This document shows, piece by piece, positions 9,339-19,074 of a stretch of 64,000 nt of DNA. The notes below the pieces were generated by a model. It ran no database searches and had not been told where the DNA came from. It saw only the letters and a list, made by a program, of their open reading frames with translations. Source of the DNA: Candidatus Sumerlaeia bacterium (GTDB lineage Bacteria; Sumerlaeota; Sumerlaeia; MVZB01); assembly GCA_039683515.1 (NCBI GenBank), contig JBDKRG010000059.1, positions 38,615 through 102,614 on the forward strand, written 5' to 3'. Position 1 is the first letter of the stretch. Each line of letters begins with the position of its first letter. A program made the position numbers and the translations under genes.

Positions 9339-10652
9339 ATGACCACGCCCCCCCTCCACCTCCCATCCGGCATCAACTACGAATGCACCCGGTGCGGGCG
9401 GTCGTGCGGCGAGTTCTGGGAGATCAAGGTCGAGCCCGAGATCGCCGACTCGATCCGGAACCGCCCGGCCGAGGCGCTGCGCGAGGCGGGGGCCGCCGAC
9501 CCGAGCTCGCCCGTCGTCCCGAGCCCGTGGACGCCCGGCACGCTCATGATGCGGCCCGGCCCGGACGGCCACTGCTGCCTGCAGGGCGCCGACGGCCTGT
9601 GCACGCTCCACAAGATTTTCGGGTTCGCGTCCAAGCCCAACCGCTGCCGCACGTTCCCGTATCGGTTCATCGAGACGCCGCGCGGGACGTATTGCGGGCT
9701 GACGTTCGCCTGCTCGGCCGTCCTGAACAACCAGGGGCCGGCGGTCGCCGATCAGCGCGGCGAGATCGAGGACCTCTTCGGCTGGACGCTCAGCCGCCGC
9801 GCGGTCGAGGCGCCGAACGAGCTGGCCAGCGGCATCCCGCTTACGTGGGAACAGTACGAGGCGGTCGAGCAGGACCTCGCCGACCTGCTCGAGCCGGCGC
9901 TCGCCCCGATCGGCGAGCGGCTGCTGATGCAGTATCATTACCTGCACCTGCTGATCAAGCTCGTGCGCGCCGACCGCGAGAACACCTCGCGCCAGTTCGA
10001 CGGGCCCGAGGCCAACACGCAGGCCATCGAGGTCTTCCGCCACCGCGTCCGCGAGGGCGACTGGGCGCTGCTGCGCGGCATCGCCGGCCGCCGCCCCAAA
10101 TCCGGACTGCTGCGCCGCATGATCCTTGGGTTCGCCCACGCGCTGCGCAACACGTACGGCCGCCGCAGCGGCCGGCTGAGCGGCTACGCAATGGTGCTGA
10201 AGACCTACTTCACGCACGGGTTCGGCCACGGCTCGATCGACATGCCGGCGCTCGGCAAACCGGTCGCCTACCGGAAAATGAAGACGATCGGGTTCGACCC
10301 GGCGCGGCCGGAGTTCGACGAGCTGCTGACGCGCTATTTCCGCCACCGGATCCAGCGCAAGGACCTGCTGCTGGCCGATTCGGTCCAGTTCGGGCTGCAA
10401 TTGCAACTGCTCCACTGGGGGCTGATCCACTGGTACGCGGCCGCGCTGGCGGCCGACCGCGGCGCGCACGAGGTCGGCTGGGAACACCTCACCGAGGCCG
10501 TCCGGATCGTCGAGAAATATTTCGTCCTGCACTCGACATTCGACCAGCTCTTCAAGCGCATGCCGCTGCTGCGCCTGTTCCTCGACCGCCTCCTCGAGCA
10601 CCCGCTCTACGCCTTCACGATGGCCCGCGGCGAGTGGTGCGAGCGCCAGTAG
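9339..10652 (+). CDS. YkgJ/UPF0153-family Cys-cluster (putative Fe-S/Zn-binding) domain protein with long C-terminal extension
   Basis: The N-terminus (CTRCGRSC...HCCLQGADGLCTLHKIF...PNRCRTFPY) matches the CxxC...CC...C...RP..CR.FP pattern of the YkgJ-type zinc/iron-chelating domain. The first ATG in frame is at 9339. The track start at 9228 lies in the AT-rich upstream region. Confidence 0.5.
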   Translation: MTTPPLHLPSGINYECTRCGRSCGEFWEIKVEPEIADSIRNRPAEALREAGAADPSSPVVPSPWTPGTLMMRPGPDGHCCLQGADGLCTLHKIFGFASKPNRCRTFPYRFIETPRGTYCGLTFACSAVLNNQGPAVADQRGEIEDLFGWTLSRRAVEAPNELASGIPLTWEQYEAVEQDLADLLEPALAPIGERLLMQYHYLHLLIKLVRADRENTSRQFDGPEANTQAIEVFRHRVREGDWALLRGIAGRRPKSGLLRRMILGFAHALRNTYGRRSGRLSGYAMVLKTYFTHGFGHGSIDMPALGKPVAYRKMKTIGFDPARPEFDELLTRYFRHRIQRKDLLLADSVQFGLQLQLLHWGLIHWYAAALAADRGAHEVGWEHLTEAVRIVEKYFVLHSTFDQLFKRMPLLRLFLDRLLEHPLYAFTMARGEWCERQ

Positions 10653-10723
10653 CCCGCTTCGGCCCGAAGCGGCACGATTCGCTTTCGCTTGATCCGAAAA
10701 CTCATCCGACATATTGTCCCCTC

Positions 10724-11881
10724 ATGAACTTTTCCGCAAAGCTCGACGAGCAGTTCCGGCGCGAACTCGAGGCCGAGGCGCGCCGCCGCCGCTGGACGTG
10801 GCGCGTCCGCTACCTGAAAGGCCCGGTGCTCGCCATTGCGTTTCTGGCCGTGCTCGCGGCCGTTTCCGGATTGCGTGAAGACCCCAAGCTCCGCGCTGAT
10901 GGATTCGCCCACGTCCTCGCCATCGGCGTTTTGCTGGTTCCGCTCAGCATCCATGCGCTGCTTTTTCTTCCACGGCTCTTCCGGCTGTATCGGACGATGA
11001 TTTTCGGATTTGCGGTCGGTTGCCCTCCGCGGGCCATCGCGGCCGTGATTCTCGAAACCATCAATGCCGGCTCGCTCCGGTTCCTGTCACCGATAGCGCG
11101 GGCATTCCGTTATTTCTTCGGCGAATTGATCTCCGACCACGAAGGCATCGGAATTCATGCCTCGATGCTGGAGCTACGCACGCTGTTCCGGATCCCGTGG
11201 CGCAGCCGCGCGTTCGATGCATGGCTCGCCCGGCAGCCCCGGCCGGTCGACTTCGATTCGTTTCTCGCGCATTGCCAGTGCACGCTCGACACGATCTGCG
11301 GGCCGTTCAAGCCGGAGCTGCCGGCCCCACCCGACCTCAGCCGGCCGATCCCGATCCAAAGCGACACCTCGCCGATCCTGGCCCTCGTTCCGCTCGCGCA
11401 GATCGCGGGCATGAAGATCGATGACCTCGGCGAGCACCCGCGCTGGGCGCCGATGCTCGGCGCGGACGAACTCCACTTCGATCTCACGCGGCTCAACCGG
11501 CGGAACACGCTGGAGATGGTCGAGAAAATCAGCGATATCCACATGCGCATTCTGGGCGTTTCACGGCCGCCGTACACGCTCACCAAGGGCCGGCGGCGCC
11601 GCGTCGACGAAGCGCTCGCGGCCGCCGGCCTGCCCGGTGACGACTGGCCGACCCGCATCAGTTGCCGGATCCATCGCGGCGGTGAGTGGATCGACTACGC
11701 CCCGATCTCCGACGCCGGGCTGATGCAATTCGTCAACGCCTTCCTGTTTTTCTTTTACCGCGTGCCGTGGCGTTGGGAACCGTTCGAGAGCGACTACAAG
11801 CTCCAGACCGCCGACGGCCGCGTCGTGCCCGTCCGCATCACGTTCGAACCCAACACAGAACTCAAGATCGCGCGCAAGTAA
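10724..11881 (+). CDS. hypothetical membrane protein
   Basis: 385 aa starting MNFSAKLDEQF, with two or three hydrophobic helices. The 903-aa ORF in the track is the same frame with an Arg-rich upstream artefact. Confidence 0.45.
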   Translation: MNFSAKLDEQFRRELEAEARRRRWTWRVRYLKGPVLAIAFLAVLAAVSGLREDPKLRADGFAHVLAIGVLLVPLSIHALLFLPRLFRLYRTMIFGFAVGCPPRAIAAVILETINAGSLRFLSPIARAFRYFFGELISDHEGIGIHASMLELRTLFRIPWRSRAFDAWLARQPRPVDFDSFLAHCQCTLDTICGPFKPELPAPPDLSRPIPIQSDTSPILALVPLAQIAGMKIDDLGEHPRWAPMLGADELHFDLTRLNRRNTLEMVEKISDIHMRILGVSRPPYTLTKGRRRRVDEALAAAGLPGDDWPTRISCRIHRGGEWIDYAPISDAGLMQFVNAFLFFFYRVPWRWEPFESDYKLQTADGRVVPVRITFEPNTELKIARK

Positions 11882-11990
11882 TTACCGCCATGCTTCATCC
11901 GGCGGCGACAAAAATCTTTCATTATTCGGCCGGGGTTATATACTTCTCGCGTCGCCGTTCAGGTCAGTTCCTAACCGTCGAGGTGGTCTC

Positions 11991-12686
11991 ATGCGTTTTG
12001 CCCGAATCATTCCAGTCTGGTGCGTCGCGGCCGCCCTGCTGGCGGCCGGCGTCGGCTGCTCCGCGATGGACAAGTCGATGTTCAAGGGGACGTGGGTGTT
12101 CGTCGCCGTCGAGCGGGCGCCGTTCTCGCCTCCCCCGCCGCGGTTCGACATCATGGAATTCAAGGACGACCACAACCTGCGCCTCCACATGACCCCCGCG
12201 CGCGCCGACCTCGACGCCACCTACACGCTCGCGCAGGGCAGGCTCACGTTTTCGTTCCAGCCGCCCGACGCCGACGCGCCGGTCATCAATCGCGTCAAAT
12301 ACCGGTTCACGGGCGCCGGCAACAGCGTCCTGATGGAAGCCGAAGGGCTAGGCAGCGGCGTGGAGTATCTCTACCTCAGGGACACGAAGCTGCTGCCGAA
12401 CACGATCGCGGGGACCTATCGCTTCGCCGACAAGGACACCTCCTCGACGGCGACGCTGGCGCCGAACGGCACGCTCGACATCCAGCCGGAGAAGGTGGCC
12501 GGGTTTTACCGACTCTGGAAGTCGCCGGCCGGCGAGGCGCTCACGTGGGCGATCTTCATCCCGCAGGAAGGCTGGATGGCGTTCACCTACCGGATGAACA
12601 CGGACGGCAAGGACCTGCTCCTCGCCCCCGTCTACAACGGCAAGGCCCACAAAGAGGGGGAAATTCGCTGGATGCGGGTGGAGTAG
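11991..12686 (+). CDS. putative lipoprotein
   Basis: Signal peptide with lipobox (LLAAGVGC). GAGGTGG ribosome-binding site before the ATG. Confidence 0.55.
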   Translation: MRFARIIPVWCVAAALLAAGVGCSAMDKSMFKGTWVFVAVERAPFSPPPPRFDIMEFKDDHNLRLHMTPARADLDATYTLAQGRLTFSFQPPDADAPVINRVKYRFTGAGNSVLMEAEGLGSGVEYLYLRDTKLLPNTIAGTYRFADKDTSSTATLAPNGTLDIQPEKVAGFYRLWKSPAGEALTWAIFIPQEGWMAFTYRMNTDGKDLLLAPVYNGKAHKEGEIRWMRVE

Positions 12687-12715
12687 AGATTCGCGGGGAT
12701 CGAGATGCGATTCTC

Positions 12716-12800
12716 GATTACGATTACGATGCACGACGCTCGATTACGATTACGAGCACGAGCACGAGCACGATTACGACGCACGACGCACGATTACGAG
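12716..12800. repeat. array of CGATTACGA / CACGA motifs in promoter region
   Basis: cgattacgattacga occurs twice, then gcacgagcacgagcacgattacga and cgcacgacgcacgattacga. The same 21-mer cgattacgattacgagcacga recurs in reverse orientation at 26142-26162. Confidence 0.7.
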
Positions 12801-12891
12801 CAGGGTAACGACCAACGGGGGCTTGCATCCTGGCTGTTGGGCGCGATAAAATCCAGCGGCTGGTCACTTTACTGAGAATAAGGCTGAAATC

Positions 12892-14322
12892 ATGGGGCAT
12901 GCGCCCACCAATCCGATCAAAGGCTGCGTCATTATTTTTGACGACGAGCCGAATATGGGCCGCATCCTCGTCAAGACGCTCGGCCTTGAAGGCTTCCAGG
13001 CCCAGGCGTTCACCAACCCGATCGAGGGGCTCGAGGCGCTCGCCCGGCTCCAGCCCGACGTCCTGCTGACCGACATGCGCATGCCCGAAATGAGCGGCCA
13101 GCAGGTGCTGCACCGGATGCACGCGGACTGGCCCGACGTCCCGGTCCTGGTCCTGACCGGCTACGGCACGGTCGAGGGCGCGGTCGAGGCGATGCAGGCC
13201 GGCGCGTTCAACTACATCACCAAGCCGTTCGAGCCGGGCAACCTGCTGGCGCAGATCAGCCGCGCCATCGAGCACCGGCGCATGCTGCAGGAAAACGCCC
13301 GGCTGAGCGAGCACCTCGGCGAGGCGGTCGCCCCGCGCGAAATCGTCGGCGACTCGCCCGGCCTGAGCCGCGTCCGCGAGATGATCTCGCGGGCCGCGCC
13401 GACCGACTCCTCCGTGCTCATCACCGGCCGCAGCGGCGTCGGCAAGGAGCTGGTCGCGCGCGCCATCCACGACCAGAGCCGCCGCGCGCGCAACCGTTTC
13501 GTGGCGATCAACTGCCCGTCCATCCCGCCGAGCCTGATCGAGTCGGAGATGTTCGGCCACGAGCGCGGCGCGTTCACCGGCGCCGACCGCAGCAAGATGG
13601 GGCTGATCGAGCTCGCCCACGGCGGCACGCTGTTCCTGGACGAAGTCGCCGAGCTGCCGGCCGAGATGCAGGTCAAACTGCTGCGCGTCCTGCAGGAGCG
13701 CGAGATCCAGCGCGTCGGCGGCCTCAAGCAGATCCCGGTCGACATCCGGATCATCGCCGCGACCAACCGCGACCTGACCGCCGAGATGAAATCCGGCCAT
13801 TTCCGCGAAGACCTTTATTACCGCCTCAACGTGATCCGGATCGAGATCCCGCCGCTGGCCGACCGGGTCGAGGACATCGAGCCCCTGGCGCGGCATTTCA
13901 TGAACCGGATCGGCCGGCGGATGATGCGGCCGGATATCACGCTCACCCCCGCGGCGATGAACGCCCTCAAGGCCTACAACTGGCCGGGCAACATCCGCGA
14001 GTTGGAGAACGTGCTCGAGCGGGCGGTCGTGCTGTCGCGCGGGCCGCTGATCGACGTCGGCGACCTGACGCTCGACCTGCGCCCGGGCGCCGAGCCCGGC
14101 GCCGGGGCGGGCTCCGCCCACAAGGAGAGCGCCCATCGCTGGCCGATCGATTACCGCCAGGCGCGCGACCATTTCGACCGCGAATACCTCCTGAACCTGG
14201 TGGACCTGGCCGGCGGCAACATCACCCGCGCCGCCCAGCTGTCGGGCATCAGCCGGCGCAATCTCTACGAAAAACTCGAGAAGGTCGGCCTGGCGGACGA
14301 CCTGATCAAAAAACGCGAATGA
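12892..14322 (+). CDS. sigma-54-dependent response regulator (NtrC family: REC + AAA+ sigma-54 activator + Fis-type HTH)
   Basis: Receiver motifs ([14 protein letters not shown]), [10 protein letters not shown] (the GAFTGA sigma-54 contact motif), Walker A GRSGVGKE, and a C-terminal HTH. Confidence 0.9.
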   Translation: MGHAPTNPIKGCVIIFDDEPNMGRILVKTLGLEGFQAQAFTNPIEGLEALARLQPDVLLTDMRMPEMSGQQVLHRMHADWPDVPVLVLTGYGTVEGAVEAMQAGAFNYITKPFEPGNLLAQISRAIEHRRMLQENARLSEHLGEAVAPREIVGDSPGLSRVREMISRAAPTDSSVLITGRSGVGKELVARAIHDQSRRARNRFVAINCPSIPPSLIESEMFGHERGAFTGADRSKMGLIELAHGGTLFLDEVAELPAEMQVKLLRVLQEREIQRVGGLKQIPVDIRIIAATNRDLTAEMKSGHFREDLYYRLNVIRIEIPPLADRVEDIEPLARHFMNRIGRRMMRPDITLTPAAMNALKAYNWPGNIRELENVLERAVVLSRGPLIDVGDLTLDLRPGAEPGAGAGSAHKESAHRWPIDYRQARDHFDREYLLNLVDLAGGNITRAAQLSGISRRNLYEKLEKVGLADDLIKKRE

Positions 14323-14514
14323 TATTTCTTGGTTCGCCCCCGGCCGATCCCTTATCCTGTCCTTAATGCCGTTGGTTTGGCTGGGGTTGCGATTTGTTCC
14401 GTTTGAATATGGAAAAAAGGTTGCATCGGGATCGGTCTGTGACTTAAGAGGAATGAGGACCATCGCACGGTCTCGAACCATGCGGTTCAAAATCCGATCG
14501 GACGGATTGGAGTG

Positions 14515-14892
14515 ATGCCCAGGATCTTATTGATCGATGATGACGACATCGGCCGCGACGCGCTGGCGCGCCGATTGATGCGCAAAGGCTGGCAGGTCAA
14601 AACCTGCGCCGACGGCGACGAGGGCCTCACGCAGGCCCGTGACGCATCGCCCAATCTCGTGGTCATCGCAATGAACATTGTCATGCCCGATGGCTGGGAG
14701 GTCACGCGCCAGATCAAGGCGGATTCGGGAGCGCGCGGGGTGCCCGTCATCGCGATCCTGGACGAGGACACGCCCGACGAACGCTCCAAGGCCGAAGACG
14801 CCGGTTGCGACGACCTGGCGGTGCGGCCGATCCACATCGAAGCGATGATCGAAAAAATCCAGAAATACGTCGATCGTCAAACCGCGAGCTGA
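14515..14892 (+). CDS. single-domain response-regulator receiver, probably a pseudo-receiver (Asn at phospho-acceptor position)
   Basis: CheY-like fold motifs (LLIDDDD...MPDGWEV). The residue aligned to the phospho-Asp is N (AMNIVMPDG) and the conserved Lys is R (LAVRP). GGAG ribosome-binding site 5 nt before ATG 14515. Confidence 0.7.
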   Translation: MPRILLIDDDDIGRDALARRLMRKGWQVKTCADGDEGLTQARDASPNLVVIAMNIVMPDGWEVTRQIKADSGARGVPVIAILDEDTPDERSKAEDAGCDDLAVRPIHIEAMIEKIQKYVDRQTAS

Positions 14893-15000
14893 GGCGGCTT
14901 GTTTCCTGGCCGGGGGGCTTAAGTCGGGGACCCGGGATGTCGATGCATATCGATGAGGGCAATCATGTCCCCACTTCTCCAGGCCGAGGTCCGCTTGCCC

Positions 15001-17556
15001 ATGCGCATGAACACGAACTACCGCGGTTGGATGTCCGCGATCCTTCCCCTGATCCTGATGTGCGTCGCGGCGCCTTCATTTGCAATCCCGCCACTCCTCC
15101 AGATCGACCTGAACGGCCCGGCATCCGGAACCGACGTGACCGTGACGTTTACCGAGGACGCCGGCGAAGCCCTGCTGTGCCCGGCCGCCGTCATCGCCGA
15201 CGCCAGCACGACCATGACCGAACTCCTGCTGACGATGACCCCGCACCCGGAGAACCTTGCCGAAGCCCTCCATGCCGTGCCGCGCGACGGGCTGGCCGTC
15301 ACGTACAACTCGGGCAACGGCGAAATGCTGATCAACGGCACGGCGTCCGCGAGCAATTACCAGGAAGTCCTGCGCTCGCTGACCTACGGGAACGCGTCGA
15401 ACACCCCGACCGTGACGACGCGCGTCGTGACGGCCGTCGCCAAGACCGGCACGTATCAAAGCAACCAGTGCACGATCCAGATCAACATCGTCCCGACCAA
15501 CGACCCGCCGGTCATCGACCTGAACGGGACGTCCTCGGGCGTCAACCGGGCGTTCGCGTTCGACGAGGGCGCCGGCGCGCTCCCGATCGCACCGGCCGGC
15601 ACCGTCACCGATCCCGACAGCGGCCAGCTGACGTCGATGACGCTGGCGCTGTCTTCGCACCCGGACGGGGGCGCCGAGACCATCGCCGCCACCGGCGGCG
15701 GCGGGGTGACGGCCGCCTACGACCCGTCCACCGGCGTCATGCGGCTGAGCGGGACGGCGCAAATCAGCGCCTACCAGGCCGTCCTTCAGACGGCGACGTA
15801 CAACAACACGGCGACGCCCCCCGACCCGACCACGCGCACGCTGACGGTCACGGGGTGGGACACCGGCGGGCGCGGCGGCTCGGCGTTCGCCAGGATCTCG
15901 ATCCATCCCAGGAACTACGCGCCGACGGCGATCGCCCCGACCGGCCTGACTCTGGCCGAAGGGACCGCGATCGGCACCACCGTCGCCAGCCTGCAGGCCT
16001 CGGACCCCAACGTGGGCGACACGCACACCTACGCGTTCGTGGCGCCGTTCGGCAACGGCGCGGGGCGGTTCTCGCTCAGCGGCAACCAGCTCCGGGTCGC
16101 CAAGGCGCTCGACTACGAAACCTCGAGCTCGGCGATGCTTTCCATCAAGTCGACCGACAAGGGGGGCTTGAGCTGCGCGCAGAACATCGCCGTGGCCATC
16201 CTGAACGTCAACGAGACGCCGACGAACATCAACCTGGCGCCGGTGAGCCTTTACAAGGACGCCGTCGCGACGGAAACGATCGTCGGCACGCTCACCGCCT
16301 CCGACCCGGACGCCAACCAGAAATTCACCTACACGTTCTGCTCGCCGTATAGCGACAACGGCGGGCGGTTCAAGATGTACAGCAACCAGGTGCGCGTCGC
16401 GAAGGCCACGCTCCTGCGGTCCGAGTCCCAGAGCAGCTACCCGATCTCGGTGCGCGTGACCGACCAGGGCGGGCTGAATTTCTCGAAGAATTTCACGATC
16501 GAGCTCCCGCCCAACCCCAACGCGCCGGTCATCGACCTCAACGGCACGGACGCCGGCCTCGACCGGTCCGTCACGTTCACCGAGGGGGGCTCGGCCGTGA
16601 AGATCGCGCCGGCCGCGGCGATCACCGACATGAACGGCACGCAGCTGACGTCGATGACGCTGGCGCTTTCGACCCACCCCGGCGGGACGTCCGAAACGCT
16701 GACCGCCACCGCAAGCGGCGGCGTGACGGCTTCCTACAACACCTCGACCGGCGTCATGAAGCTGAGCGGCAAGGCCTCGCTGTCGAGCTACCAGACCGTC
16801 CTCCGCACCGTCGCCTACAACAACACGACCGCCCTGCCCGACCCGACCACGCGCACGCTGACCGTGACCGGCTGGGACACCGAGGGGCTCGGCGGCGTGG
16901 CGGCGGCCAGGATCGCGATCGTGCAGATCAACCGCAAGCCGACGCGCGTGACGCCGGACAAGATGACGGTCGCGGAAAACTCGCCGGTCGGGACCGTGGT
17001 CGGGACGTTCTCGACGGTCGACCCGAACCGGCTCGACACGCACACATACTCATTCGCCTCGCCGAACTACAATGCGGCCGGGAAATTCTCGCTCTCCGGC
17101 AATACGCTCAAGGTCGCCGGCGCGCTCAACCACGAGGCGCTGACGACCGCGACGCTCTCGATCAAGTCGACCGACAACCGCGGCCTGAGCTGCACGACGA
17201 CCGTGCGGGTGGGGCTCCTCGATGTCAACGAGCCGCCGGCCAACATCGACCTCGAGATGGTGGCGATCAACAAATCCATGATCGCCGCCGACACGCTCGT
17301 CGGCACGCTCATCGGCACCGACCCGGACGCTGGCGATACGCTCTCGTACACGCTGACCAGCGACGACGGCGGGCGGTTCAAGCTCGCCGGCAACACGCTG
17401 CGCATCGCGGACGCGACGCTCATCAAGGCCGACTCGCGGACGTCCTACACGATCACGGCCCGCGTCGCCGACGGCAGCGGCCTGTCGATCACGAGGGATT
17501 TCACGTTCACGATCCCCCGAACAACGGCCGCGCGCGGCTGGACGCTGCTGCGGTAA
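15001..17556 (+). CDS. large secreted cadherin-like repeat protein
   Basis: Signal peptide MRMNTNYRGWMSAILPLILMCVAAPSFA. Repeated ~100-aa modules with cadherin-like signatures (PVIDLNGT...DPD..., TLTVTGWDTGG..). The 515-aa and 655-aa ORFs overlapping it are alternate-frame artefacts. Confidence 0.65.
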   Translation: MRMNTNYRGWMSAILPLILMCVAAPSFAIPPLLQIDLNGPASGTDVTVTFTEDAGEALLCPAAVIADASTTMTELLLTMTPHPENLAEALHAVPRDGLAVTYNSGNGEMLINGTASASNYQEVLRSLTYGNASNTPTVTTRVVTAVAKTGTYQSNQCTIQINIVPTNDPPVIDLNGTSSGVNRAFAFDEGAGALPIAPAGTVTDPDSGQLTSMTLALSSHPDGGAETIAATGGGGVTAAYDPSTGVMRLSGTAQISAYQAVLQTATYNNTATPPDPTTRTLTVTGWDTGGRGGSAFARISIHPRNYAPTAIAPTGLTLAEGTAIGTTVASLQASDPNVGDTHTYAFVAPFGNGAGRFSLSGNQLRVAKALDYETSSSAMLSIKSTDKGGLSCAQNIAVAILNVNETPTNINLAPVSLYKDAVATETIVGTLTASDPDANQKFTYTFCSPYSDNGGRFKMYSNQVRVAKATLLRSESQSSYPISVRVTDQGGLNFSKNFTIELPPNPNAPVIDLNGTDAGLDRSVTFTEGGSAVKIAPAAAITDMNGTQLTSMTLALSTHPGGTSETLTATASGGVTASYNTSTGVMKLSGKASLSSYQTVLRTVAYNNTTALPDPTTRTLTVTGWDTEGLGGVAAARIAIVQINRKPTRVTPDKMTVAENSPVGTVVGTFSTVDPNRLDTHTYSFASPNYNAAGKFSLSGNTLKVAGALNHEALTTATLSIKSTDNRGLSCTTTVRVGLLDVNEPPANIDLEMVAINKSMIAADTLVGTLIGTDPDAGDTLSYTLTSDDGGRFKLAGNTLRIADATLIKADSRTSYTITARVADGSGLSITRDFTFTIPRTTAARGWTLLR

Positions 17557-17666
17557 ATACGAGAAATAAACGCGAGAAGATCGATGAGCGTGGGGCGAGT
17601 GCGAGCGCCAAATATTTTCCGGCAATAGGGATCGCCGACGAGGGCGCCGGCGCCACAGTGCGATGA

Positions 17667-17694
17667 GCTATTCGCTACCGAATAGCCGTTTTCG
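17667..17694 (+). terminator. rho-independent terminator-like hairpin
   Basis: gctattcgctaccgaatagc (8-bp stem) followed by cgttttcg. Located just after the cadherin-like gene. Confidence 0.5.
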
Positions 17695-17696
17695 AT

Positions 17697-17723
17697 GTGG
17701 GGCCGGCGCCCCCGCCGGCCATT
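17697..17723. repeat. REP-like 27-mer with GC hairpin (copy 1)
   Basis: gtggggccggcgcccccgccggccatt, with stem ggccggcg/cgccggcc and loop cccc. An identical 27-mer is at 42981-43007. Confidence 0.75.
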
Positions 17724-17774
17724 CACGCACGCCGGTTGGATCACCGGCGCCGGGATTTGATTTTTGAATTTGGA

Positions 17775-19061
17775 TCAGCGCCAGGCGATGACTTTTTCCT
17801 CGGAGAGGCACTGGGTCTCCCACTGGAAGTCGGGGCGCGTCGCGCACCGGAACTTGCCCATGAAATCGCCGCGCACACCGCCGGTGTCGTTGACGTGGAA
17901 GTGCAGGACCTCGTCCTCGCGCGTCGACCGGTCGTAGTTTTCCTTCCACAGCTCGACGGAGACGCTGTGGCGGCCGGCGTTCAGGAAATTGCCGGGCACG
18001 TTGACCCACGTCCTGTACAGCCCCTCGGGCTTGATCTTCGTGTGCCACTCGTCGTTGTTGCTGATCGAGCTGAAGACCAGCGTGCTGTCCTCGTTCCAGA
18101 CGTGGGCGGTCGCGCCGGCGCGGATCCCCGCGCGCGTGACCCAGTATTCGATCGCGATCCGGAACGGCTCCTCGATGCGGATGTCGCCGTCGATCCGGCC
18201 GTCCTTGTCGTAGACGCAGACGCGGTGCAGCCGGAGGGTGCGGTCGCCGGGGGCGCGCGCCGGGTCCTCCCAGACGCGCTCGGGGCGGTCGTCGTGCTGG
18301 TCGCCGCCGAGGTAGCGGCTGACGACGTCGTTGACCTCGCCGTCCACGGCGAGGCCGCCGCCCTCGAGCATCACGGCCCGCTGGCACAGGTTGCGCACGG
18401 CGACCATGTTGTGGCTGACGAAGATGACCGTGCGGCCGTCGCGCGCCACGCTGTTCATCTTGCCGAGGCACTTCTTCTGGAACGCGGCGTCGCCGACGGC
18501 GAGGACCTCGTCGATCAGGAGGATTTCGGGCTCGAGGTGCGCCGCGACGGCGAACGCCAGGCGCACGTACATGCCCGAGCTGTAGCGCTTGACCGGCGTG
18601 TCGAGGAAGCGCTCGACCTCGGCGAAGGCGACGATCTCGTCGAACTTGCTCTTGATCTCGCGGCGCGTCATGCCGAGGATCGCGCCGTTGAGCATGATGT
18701 TTTCCCGGCCGCTCAGCTCGGGGTGGAAGCCCGTGCCGACCTCGAGAAGGCTCGCCACGCGGCCGCGCAGCCGCACCTCGCCCTCGGTCGGCTCGGTGAT
18801 CTGGCTGAGGAGCTTGAGGAGCGTCGACTTGCCGGCGCCGTTGCGGCCGATGAGCGCGACCGCCGTCCCCTCTTCGACCTCGAACGAAACGTGGCGCAGC
18901 GCCCAGAAGTCGCGCTCGTCCTTTTTCTCGCCCGCGGTGCCGCGGCGCAGCAGGGCGTTCACGCCATCGGCGATCTTGTCGCGCAGCGTGTCGTGACGGA
19001 GCGTGCCGCCGAGCTTGTAAAGCTTGCCCAGGTCGTGAATGGAGATGGCGGGGCGACTCAT
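17775..19061 (-). CDS. wzt: polysaccharide ABC exporter ATP-binding protein (Wzt/TagH type with C-terminal carbohydrate-binding-like domain)
   Basis: Walker A GRNGAGKST, signature YSSGM, Walker B LLIDE, plus a ~180-aa C-terminal extension. Immediately downstream of the wzm permease. Confidence 0.85.
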   Translation of the reverse strand: MSRPAISIHDLGKLYKLGGTLRHDTLRDKIADGVNALLRRGTAGEKKDERDFWALRHVSFEVEEGTAVALIGRNGAGKSTLLKLLSQITEPTEGEVRLRGRVASLLEVGTGFHPELSGRENIMLNGAILGMTRREIKSKFDEIVAFAEVERFLDTPVKRYSSGMYVRLAFAVAAHLEPEILLIDEVLAVGDAAFQKKCLGKMNSVARDGRTVIFVSHNMVAVRNLCQRAVMLEGGGLAVDGEVNDVVSRYLGGDQHDDRPERVWEDPARAPGDRTLRLHRVCVYDKDGRIDGDIRIEEPFRIAIEYWVTRAGIRAGATAHVWNEDSTLVFSSISNNDEWHTKIKPEGLYRTWVNVPGNFLNAGRHSVSVELWKENYDRSTREDEVLHFHVNDTGGVRGDFMGKFRCATRPDFQWETQCLSEEKVIAWR

Positions 19062-19074
19062 GCGGGAACTCCGG

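Noticed and set aside
9165-11881. 515-aa minus ORF 9165..10712 and 903-aa plus ORF 9170..11881
   Set aside because: The first is antisense to the YkgJ-domain gene. The N-terminal two-thirds of the second is an Arg-rich alternate frame. Only its tail from ATG 10724 is plausible coding.
12724-17043. Long minus-strand ORFs 12724..14490 (588 aa) and 15076..17043 (655 aa), and plus ORF 14805..16352
   Set aside because: These are antisense or off-frame to the NtrC-like and cadherin-like genes, with Arg/Asp/Gly-rich low-complexity translations.
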